From positions 36,163 through 100,162 of the forward strand of contig JANLSU010000078.1 in NCBI GenBank assembly GCA_031362565.1: a DNA stretch of 64,000 nt, written 5' to 3'. A model generated the notes under the pieces. It did no database searches. It was not told the DNA's origin and saw only the letters and a program-made list of their open reading frames with translations. Positions 57,063 to 64,000 of the stretch are shown here, piece after piece; the stretch's first letter is position 1; each line of letters begins with the position of its first letter. Source of the DNA: a bacterium (GTDB lineage Bacteria > Krumholzibacteriota > Krumholzibacteriia > G020349025). Position numbers and translations under genes: made by a program.

Positions 57063-58169
57063 TCAACTGCCGCGCTCGGCGGCGACGCGGGTGTAGAGAT
57101 CGTCATAATGCGCCGCACTCACCTCGATGGAGTATGCCGCACAGGCGGCCCGCGCCGCGTGCCCGAGCCGGGTGCGGAGTGCGGCGTCGTCGCGCAGCTC
57201 TCCAAGCCGCGCGGCGAGTGCCACGGGGTCGCCGACTGCGGCACGCAAACCTGTGTCGCCCAGAGTGCCGGTCAGTTCCGGCAGGTCGCTCACGACACAG
57301 GCGCGGCCGGCGGCCATCGCCTCCAAGAGCGCCATCGAATGGCCCTCGAAACGCGATGGCTGGGCGAATGCATCGAGCGTCGCCAGAATCGCCGGGATAT
57401 CGGTGCGCCAGCCCAGCCAATGAATCTTGGCCGCCACGCCGCGCTTCGCCGCTTGCGCCTCGAGCGCCTGCCGGCGTGGCCCGTCGCCGACGACGATCAC
57501 TTCCACCCGCGGATCCTGCAATTCGGCAATCGCGTTGACCAAAACGTCGTGGCCTTTGGCGTCGTCGAGACGGCCCACGCTGCCAACGAGAAAGGCGCCC
57601 GGGCCCACTCCTAGATCGGCGCGTGGGACCGGCTGCGCCGCCACCCAGGGTTCGATTTCAATGCCGTTGGGGATGACTTCGACACGTGACGCGGGCAGAT
57701 GGAACCGTCGTTGCGTGGCCTTTGCGACGCTTTCCGACACCGCCACGATCCGCATCGCGAGCGGCGCCGAGAGGCGCATCGCCACCGATCGGCGCCATGG
57801 CAGTGCGGCGCGTTCGGTGCTGTGTTCGGTACTTACGATCACTGGAACGCCGGCCCAGTGCGCCGCCAACCGGCCGAAAGTATCGGCGTAAAAAAGATGG
57901 GTATGCACGACGTCCGGCCGCCCGCGCCGCAGGTGACGCCAGAGAGGGGCGAGAACCCGCACGTCGCGCAACGACCCGGAGCGCAAGCAAGTGAATGGAA
58001 TGCCGCGGTCCGCAAGTGCCGCCGCGAGCGGGTTGGGCTCCGTCAGCGCCACGACCTCGACGTGCAAGCCCTGGCGGCGTTGGGCGGCGGCGAGCAAGAG
58101 GAGAAAGCGTTCGGCGCCGCCCACCGGCAAGTTGTTGATGATGTGCACGACTTGCAGGGGGCGCTTCAT
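57063..58169 (-). CDS. Family 4 glycosyltransferase
   Basis: GGAE, HTHL, PNG, VGRL...KG, PSRFEG...LLEAMA. Confidence 0.92.
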   Translation of the reverse strand: MKRPLQVVHIINNLPVGGAERFLLLLAAAQRRQGLHVEVVALTEPNPLAAALADRGIPFTCLRSGSLRDVRVLAPLWRHLRRGRPDVVHTHLFYADTFGRLAAHWAGVPVIVSTEHSTERAALPWRRSVAMRLSAPLAMRIVAVSESVAKATQRRFHLPASRVEVIPNGIEIEPWVAAQPVPRADLGVGPGAFLVGSVGRLDDAKGHDVLVNAIAELQDPRVEVIVVGDGPRRQALEAQAAKRGVAAKIHWLGWRTDIPAILATLDAFAQPSRFEGHSMALLEAMAAGRACVVSDLPELTGTLGDTGLRAAVGDPVALAARLGELRDDAALRTRLGHAARAACAAYSIEVSAAHYDDLYTRVAAERGS

Positions 58170-59371
58170 GACTGCAACGCCCGGGTTCGGGCATTGCGCA
58201 GCGTGGCGCGAAAAGCTCCGAGCATGGCATCAGGAGAGAATGTTTCCGCCACCCGTTTCGCGCCTGCGGCACCGATGCGGGCGCGCAAGTCCGCATCCGC
58301 CAGCAAACGCTGCAGCGCCTCTGCCAGCGCCGCGGCATCACCCACCGGCGTCAAGAAGCCGGAGATGCCGTCTTCGATAACCTCGACGGTGCCGGCAGCC
58401 GGCGTCGCCACGGACGCAACTCCAAGCGCCAAGCCTTCGAGAACCGAGAGCGGCATGCCTTCGGCGCGGGACGGCAGCACTGCCACGTCGAGCGCCGCCA
58501 TCCAAGGCGCCGGGTTGGATTGATAGCCGGCAAGAATGAGCCGCACGCCGCGCGTCGCCGCCAACGCCGCGAGGCGGTCACGCTCCGGGCCTTCGCCGAT
58601 GAGCACGACCGTCGGCCGCGGCGTCGTGGCCGGCAGTTGTGCCACCGCTTCCAAGAGAACGTCGAAGGATTTGCGCGGAATCAATTGCCCCACGCCACCG
58701 ACCGCGAGGCCGTCCGGCGCGAGATCGAACGACTGACGCACGCGGGCGCGCTCATCGGGCGTGGCGCGCGCCAGTGGCACGCCATTCGGAATGACCGTGA
58801 TGCGCCCGGCATTAATGTGCTGCGTCGCCACCATGCGGCGCTTCGAGGCTTCGGATACGCCGACGATGCCCGCACACGTCCGCAGCGTCCACGCATCCAC
58901 GACGGCGAAGATGCGGCGTGACAGAAGCGGATACGGGTCGTCGGCAAGGGCGACGGGACGCCGCACGAGATGGGTCGCACGGGTGCCGCGCACGGCAAGC
59001 GCGGCGTGAAAATCGACCCGCAAGCCGTGCGACAGAACGACATCGATTTGCTGTTCGCGGATGAAATTCCCGAGCCGGCGTGCGAATGCCGGGTCGAGCC
59101 GGTGCAGCGGTTCGAGAGCCAAAACCTGGCGCGCCAAGCCACGATAGCGGTCGGCGAGCAGCCCGGCGCCCGGGTACACTGCGAATTGCTCGAAATCCGC
59201 GCCCAGGCCGGCGAGCAGGGATTCGACGACGCGTTCGACACCGGTGACTCCGGCAATGGTCGAGCCGATGCGGGCATGGCCGAGAACATGCAGAACGCGC
59301 AGCGGCGGCACGGGCCCGGTCCGGGCACCGGCTCGGACGTTCGTCTCGGGTGTTGTCGTGCGTGTATCCAA
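58166..59371 (-). CDS. Family 4 glycosyltransferase
   Basis: VIPNG, GQLIPRK, PSRAEGMPLSVLEG; start uncertain (59371 or 59311). Confidence 0.88.
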   Translation of the reverse strand: MDTRTTTPETNVRAGARTGPVPPLRVLHVLGHARIGSTIAGVTGVERVVESLLAGLGADFEQFAVYPGAGLLADRYRGLARQVLALEPLHRLDPAFARRLGNFIREQQIDVVLSHGLRVDFHAALAVRGTRATHLVRRPVALADDPYPLLSRRIFAVVDAWTLRTCAGIVGVSEASKRRMVATQHINAGRITVIPNGVPLARATPDERARVRQSFDLAPDGLAVGGVGQLIPRKSFDVLLEAVAQLPATTPRPTVVLIGEGPERDRLAALAATRGVRLILAGYQSNPAPWMAALDVAVLPSRAEGMPLSVLEGLALGVASVATPAAGTVEVIEDGISGFLTPVGDAAALAEALQRLLADADLRARIGAAGAKRVAETFSPDAMLGAFRATLRNARTRALQS

Positions 59372-59512
59372 TGTGAGTTGATCCGAGGCCGAAGTGGGGT
59401 CGTATCCCCTTCCAGAGGACCACCTGCCTGGTATCGGGTCAAGCTCTTTTCCGGGGCGCACGTTGCCCTTAGAATCCGCGCCGGAGGACATTGTGGTGAT
59501 GAGGACGCACGA

Positions 59513-60322
59513 GTGACGCGCATCGGAGTCTTCGATTCCGGCGTCGGCGGCTTGTCGGTGTGGCGCGAAATCGTCCACCAGTGGCCGGGCGTCGAAACCA
59601 TCTACTTCGCCGACCAAGCGCACATCCCGTACGGGTCACGCCCGGCGGAAGAGATCCGCGTCTTTGGCCGGGAAATCACCCGCTTCTTGGCGGCGCGGGA
59701 TTGCGACGCCATCGTCGTCGCATGCAACGCTGCATCGGCGGCGGCACTTGCCGTGCTGCGCGCCGAGTGGCCGCAGCTGCCGTTCGTCGGCATGGAGCCG
59801 GCGGTGAAGCCGGCGGCCGAATTGTCGCGCACTCGGGTGGCTGGCGTGCTCGCGACACCCGCCACGTTTCAAGGCGCGCTGTTCGCGACGACCGTCGAGC
59901 GCTTCGCGGCGGAAGTCCGCATCGTGCAGCAAGTCTGTCCGGGGCTCGTGGAGCGCATCGAAGCCGGCGACACGAATAGCGCCGAAACCCGGGCGCTCCT
60001 CGGCGATTTTCTCGCGCCATCGCTGCGCGCCGGCGCCGACACGATCGTGCTGGCCTGTACGCACTATCCATTCGTTCGCTCAGCCATCGAGTCGCTGGCG
60101 GGGCCCGGCGTCACGGTCATCGACCCGGCGCCGGCAATCGCGCGGCAGCTCGGACGCGTCTTGCCCGCACTTGGATCGAGCCGGATCGCGCCCAGCACCA
60201 CACCATGCCGGGAGTTCGTGACGAGCGGCGATGCGGCGGAATTCGAGCGCGTGGCAGCGCTTCTCCTGGGATTTCGAGTTGCGGCGAGTGCGGTGCGCTG
60301 GCAAGCGAATCAGCTTCCCTGA
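59513..60322 (+). CDS. murI: Glutamate racemase
   Basis: IGVFDSGVGGLSV, PYG, VACNAAS, LACTHYP. Confidence 0.96.
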   Translation: MTRIGVFDSGVGGLSVWREIVHQWPGVETIYFADQAHIPYGSRPAEEIRVFGREITRFLAARDCDAIVVACNAASAAALAVLRAEWPQLPFVGMEPAVKPAAELSRTRVAGVLATPATFQGALFATTVERFAAEVRIVQQVCPGLVERIEAGDTNSAETRALLGDFLAPSLRAGADTIVLACTHYPFVRSAIESLAGPGVTVIDPAPAIARQLGRVLPALGSSRIAPSTTPCREFVTSGDAAEFERVAALLLGFRVAASAVRWQANQLP

Positions 60323-60337
60323 ACTGGATAAAACGCC

Positions 60338-60373
60338 GCGAGGCCGCCTTCAGGGGGGTCAAGGCGGCCTCGC
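60338..60373. terminator. Intrinsic terminator between convergent murI and hsp20
   Basis: 13-bp stem GCGAGGCCGCCTT/AAGGCGGCCTCGC, followed by a T-tract on the minus strand; second GC hairpin at about 60402-60432. Confidence 0.7.
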
Positions 60374-60450
60374 TCGTCTCGCGACTCGAAGTGTCTGTCG
60401 CCGGCGGGGCCCGGGAGGGACCGGGCCCGCCGACCCAAAGCATCCGTGCG

Positions 60451-60894
60451 TTAGTTCTCGATCTCCACCGGGATCGAGCGGCCGATGTGTTCCTCGGCCT
60501 TCGGCAGCGCGATCGTCATCACGCCGTTCTTGTACTGCGCCTTCACCTTGTCGGCTTGCACGCGATACGGCAGCTCGACGGTACGCGTGAACTTGCCGTA
60601 CACCTGCTCGCTCTTCAGCACCTTGCCCTTGGCGGGGCCTTCGAACTTGCGCTCACCACTCACGGTGAGTACGTCGTCCTGCAACGTCACGTGGACGTCC
60701 TTGGGCTCGAGGCCGGGGACCTGAACGCTGACGACCAGCTTGTCGTCGTCGTCCACGAGATCCATCGGCGGGTACCAGGCACGCGGTTCGGTCGCGGCGG
60801 TGGCGTTGTCGAGTGCTTCGTACAGACCGCGGAAGAAAGGATCGCGGTTCAGAGATTCGAGGCCCGTGCGGGGCATGAAGCGAACCAGTGTCAT
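60451..60894 (-). CDS. Hsp20/alpha-crystallin small heat shock protein
   Basis: PPMDL, VPGL, LTVSGER, YGKFTRTVELP, AQYKNGVM.I.LPK. Confidence 0.95.
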   Translation of the reverse strand: MTLVRFMPRTGLESLNRDPFFRGLYEALDNATAATEPRAWYPPMDLVDDDDKLVVSVQVPGLEPKDVHVTLQDDVLTVSGERKFEGPAKGKVLKSEQVYGKFTRTVELPYRVQADKVKAQYKNGVMTIALPKAEEHIGRSIPVEIEN

Positions 60895-61047
60895 TGTTCT
60901 CGTCCTCCTGTGGCGGCTTGGCGCCCGGACCTTGGCGCCGAGGTGCCGCAGTGTGATGATGCCGGTCCGGAGATTCTGGACGAGCGCCCCGCGGTCGCCA
61001 GGGCTGCCAGCTCATCCGGCCCGAGGCGCGCTCGTACTAGGGCTCCT

Positions 61048-61172
61048 TACAAGTCGCGTGCCAGCGCCTTTGTTCTTGTAAAACACATAAAATCAATTGA
61101 TTGCGATTTTGAAGGCGTGTGCCATGGGCCCTGCCAAAACGGCAGGTGCGGAGGCGTGGTGCCATTCTGGCA
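61048..61172 (-). promoter_or_regulatory. Sigma-54 promoter, IHF site and upstream activator palindromes of hsp20
   Basis: TGGCACGCGACTTGTA (61063-61048); IHF consensus match AATCAATTGATTG (61091-61103); TGCC-N5-GGCA at 61132-61144 and 61160-61172. Confidence 0.65.
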
Positions 61173-61222
61173 GAGTTGTGGCAGATCGATGGGGTCGTTT
61201 GAGCAACCGGTGGGCTTGGCGC

Positions 61223-62821
61223 TCAGGACTCCAGCTCGAACATCGCGGCGCCGACGAAGTCGCCGATCTCGTGCGCGACCAGGCTGCGGGTCGCGCGCTC
61301 GTTGCAAGCGAGTTCCGCCGCCCGCCCGTGCAGCCACGATGCGAGGGCCGCTGCCGGACCGGCGCTGACGCCTTGTCCAAGAAGTGCGCCGAGCATCCCG
61401 GCCAGGAGATCGCCCGAGCCACCACTCGCGAGTCCGGCGTGTCCGGTGCCGTTCACATAGATGTCGCCGCTCGGGGTCGCAGTGAGAGCCGGCGCACCCT
61501 TGGCCAACAACACGACCTTTTGGTCCCGCGCCGCTTGCGCGACGTACTGCATGCGATCGAGAGGCGCACTCGGTACGGAGGCACCCAGCCACCGCGCCAA
61601 CTCGCCGGCGTGCGGCGTCACGACAATGGGAGCGCGCCGCGCGCCACTCGGCAACACCGCGATGGCTTCCGCATCGACCACCATCGGCACGGTGCACTGC
61701 GAGAGAACTTCGCGCGCGCAAGCCCGAGCCGTGTCGGACGCTCCCAGCCCCGGCCCGATCACAAGCGCTTGGGCACGCTCGAGTAGGGCGATTATTTCGG
61801 GTGCGGCATCGACCGCGAACGCTCCCTGCGCCGATTCCGGCACCCCGTGCACGATGACTTCCGTGAGCTTGGCCTGCAGGAGGGTGCGAATGCCCACGGG
61901 CACGACGAGGTGCACGAGGCCGGCGCCCGCGCGCTGCGCGCCGAAGGCGGCGAGTGCGGCGGCGCCCGGAAAATCGGCGCTGCCGGCTACGACGACGACC
62001 ACCCCGCGCGTGTACTTGTGCGCCGTGGGATCGAGCCGCGGGCACCACGAACGGGCCCGGTCTCTCTCGACCAGAAATCGCCGCGGCGCATGCTCACTGA
62101 CGATCTCGGGCGGAAACCCGATGTCGGCGACGGTGACACGGCCGGCGCGTTCACAGCCCGGATGGAAGGCGAGACCCACCTTGGGGAGGCCGAAGGTCAC
62201 CGTTGCATCGGCCCACACGGCGGCGCCTTCGACCGCGCCGTTGTCGCCGTTCACGCCGCTCGGAATGTCGAGTGACAGAGTGTTCGTGCTGGCGTGGTTG
62301 AGCACATTCACGAGGGCTGCCATGCGGCCTTGCAGCGGGCCGGAGACGCCGGTGCCAAGCAATGCGTCGACACACAAGTCGGCTTCGTTCAACGCTTCCT
62401 GCAAAGCGTTCGTCGCCGCGTCCTCAAATTCGACGAGGCTGCCACGGTCGCGCGGATCGTTCGCCGGACCTGGGTCATCGATGGTCTCGGGAAGCACTTG
62501 CACTTCGGCTGAGGTGGCTGACAAGCGCTCGTAGTTGGTGCGGGCCGCGGGCGACAAGTCATCGGGCGGATGGCTCAAGAAAACGTGCACCGACATCCCC
62601 GCTTGCGCCAGGACGCGCGCCACGACAAAGCCATCGCCACCGTTGTTGCCCTTGCCGCAGAGGATCTCGACGCGCGCATCGCGCCGCCCTTCGACCATGA
62701 CAATCGCCTCGTGGGCGGCCGCAGTTCCGGCGCTCTCCATCAATGCGAGCGCGGGAACGTGGCCACCGCCAATCGTCAGACGGTCGATCGACTGCATCTC
62801 GTGGGCTGTGACCAAGCGCAT
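61223..62821 (-). CDS. nnr: Bifunctional NAD(P)H-hydrate epimerase/dehydratase
   Basis: LMESAG, GKGNNGGDG, DALLGTG, DIPSG, HKYTRG, GPGLG, TPHAGE, GSGDLL. Confidence 0.95.
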   Translation of the reverse strand: MRLVTAHEMQSIDRLTIGGGHVPALALMESAGTAAAHEAIVMVEGRRDARVEILCGKGNNGGDGFVVARVLAQAGMSVHVFLSHPPDDLSPAARTNYERLSATSAEVQVLPETIDDPGPANDPRDRGSLVEFEDAATNALQEALNEADLCVDALLGTGVSGPLQGRMAALVNVLNHASTNTLSLDIPSGVNGDNGAVEGAAVWADATVTFGLPKVGLAFHPGCERAGRVTVADIGFPPEIVSEHAPRRFLVERDRARSWCPRLDPTAHKYTRGVVVVVAGSADFPGAAALAAFGAQRAGAGLVHLVVPVGIRTLLQAKLTEVIVHGVPESAQGAFAVDAAPEIIALLERAQALVIGPGLGASDTARACAREVLSQCTVPMVVDAEAIAVLPSGARRAPIVVTPHAGELARWLGASVPSAPLDRMQYVAQAARDQKVVLLAKGAPALTATPSGDIYVNGTGHAGLASGGSGDLLAGMLGALLGQGVSAGPAAALASWLHGRAAELACNERATRSLVAHEIGDFVGAAMFELES

Positions 62822-62912
62822 TGGCGGCCTTCCTGGCAGGGGGCGACTCTTGGCTGCATCCTGGAGCAGCCCACGCCGGTACTCAAGCGCGACTTCTGCG
62901 ATACTGCCGCGC

Positions 62913-63752
62913 ATGGACTCTCCCGCAGTGCGCGACAACGAGCCCGCACCGGCCGCGATGCTCGCCGTCGCCGTCGGCGCACTGGCCCTCAATCAACTGG
63001 TGAATTCGTTCGCGTGGAATGCGCTGCCGGCCGGCGTCGTCATCTTGCTCGGCGCCGGGCTCGGCGTACTGCTGCCGGTGTTGGCCTGGTGCGCGCTCCT
63101 GGGACGGCCGTGGCGTTCTACTCTGCGGCTCCGGGGGCTCGGCATGCGCCGGGCGCTTTTCGTGGCCGGTTTCGGAATCGCCAGTATTGCGCCGACCTAT
63201 GCGCTCAGCGTTTTGTGGCAACAATGGGTGCCACCGTCCGAGACCGCGCTCGAACTGTATCGAGCGCTACTGCCACAGGGTGGCGCGGATTGGGTCTTGG
63301 GTGGCCTGGCCGTCATCGTCGCCGGGCCGTTGGGCGAGGAGATCCTATTTCGCGCTCTGATGTTGCCCGCGCTTGCGCGGTGGATGCCAGCGGGGCTCGC
63401 AATTGCGGTCACTGCGGCAGCGTTCGGCGCCGCACATGGATCGGCCTGGCTCTTTGCGCCAACCGCGTTCTTGGGACTCGGGCTCGGAGCCGTCGCGTGG
63501 TGGAGCCGGTCCACGACTGCGTCGTGGATCGTGCATGGGCTCTTCAATGCGGCAGCATATGTGGATCTGTGCATGACGCGCGATGTGCACGGCGCAGCGC
63601 TCGAGCGCTGGTCGACTCAGCCGGCGGTGCTTGCAGTTTCGATCGGGGGATTGATTCTCTTCGGGAGGACCATTCGACAACCATCACCTGACCCGCGAGG
63701 CGGGGCGCCATGCGCCCAATCGCCACTTCCTCACGGGCGAGATCACTTGTAG
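62913..63752 (+). CDS. CPBP (Abi/CAAX) intramembrane protease
   Basis: EEILFR, FGAAH, HGLFN motifs; TMs. Confidence 0.88.
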   Translation: MDSPAVRDNEPAPAAMLAVAVGALALNQLVNSFAWNALPAGVVILLGAGLGVLLPVLAWCALLGRPWRSTLRLRGLGMRRALFVAGFGIASIAPTYALSVLWQQWVPPSETALELYRALLPQGGADWVLGGLAVIVAGPLGEEILFRALMLPALARWMPAGLAIAVTAAAFGAAHGSAWLFAPTAFLGLGLGAVAWWSRSTTASWIVHGLFNAAAYVDLCMTRDVHGAALERWSTQPAVLAVSIGGLILFGRTIRQPSPDPRGGAPCAQSPLPHGRDHL

Positions 63753-63949
63753 GACTGGCCTAGGGCCTTCCCAATGCTGATCTCACCATTATCGATCCGG
63801 ATGTTGAAGCCGCATGACGGGTTGTTGCACACCCAAGCCTTGTAGGTAATGGGCGCGCCATCACGGCCATAATCCGACAGAGGCAACAAGATGCCACCGC
63901 TGTCGCACTTCCTGCAGACGGGAAACTCGTATTTCTCCATCGTCGTCAT
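63743..63949 (-). CDS. Small zinc-ribbon protein
   Basis: 68 aa, CRKC...CNNPSC. Confidence 0.65.
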   Translation of the reverse strand: MTTMEKYEFPVCRKCDSGGILLPLSDYGRDGAPITYKAWVCNNPSCGFNIRIDNGEISIGKALGQSYK

Positions 63950-64000
63950 CCCCGACGTCGCACCGCGGCACGCCGCCGGAGCGACTCACCTCCCCACGTG

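Noticed and set aside
60895..61222. CIRCE (HrcA) element for hsp20
   Set aside because: No TTAGCACTC-N9-GAGTGCTAA match.

Overview
High-GC bacterial chromosomal segment. The C-terminal FlgD-Ig/T9SS-like tails and the short RpoD-type sigma suggest an FCB-related lineage such as Latescibacterota, Krumholzibacteriota or Eisenbacteria; this is inference only. Bases 1-36.3 kb carry a near-complete minus-strand flagellar cluster: flgBC-fliEFGHIJ-motE/ylxF-like-fliK-flgD, a divergent pair of NarL/LuxR regulators, flgE-fliLMNOPQR-flhBA-fliA-small ORF, flgFGAHIJNKL-fliW-GT2/TPR, a PilB/GspE-like ATPase, a KaiC-like ATPase and flagellin (cut by the window edge). The most striking element is the orphan PilB/GspE ATPase (degenerate MshEN, three C-terminal zinc-ribbon modules) plus a double-domain KaiC-like ATPase at the end of the rod/hook-junction operon. 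This echoes the archaellum ArlI/ArlH pair and occurs in a cluster whose FliM lacks the CheY-binding peptide. The remainder holds glycosyltransferases, a ZIP transporter, LytS/LytR, a lower-GC block with two divergent secreted FlgD-Ig-tailed proteins, a GT-C/TPR protein, a sigma-70 factor and Hsp20 that share sigma54-type promoter architecture, and housekeeping genes (folB, murI, nnr). I found no rRNA, tRNA, CRISPR array or mobile element by eye.
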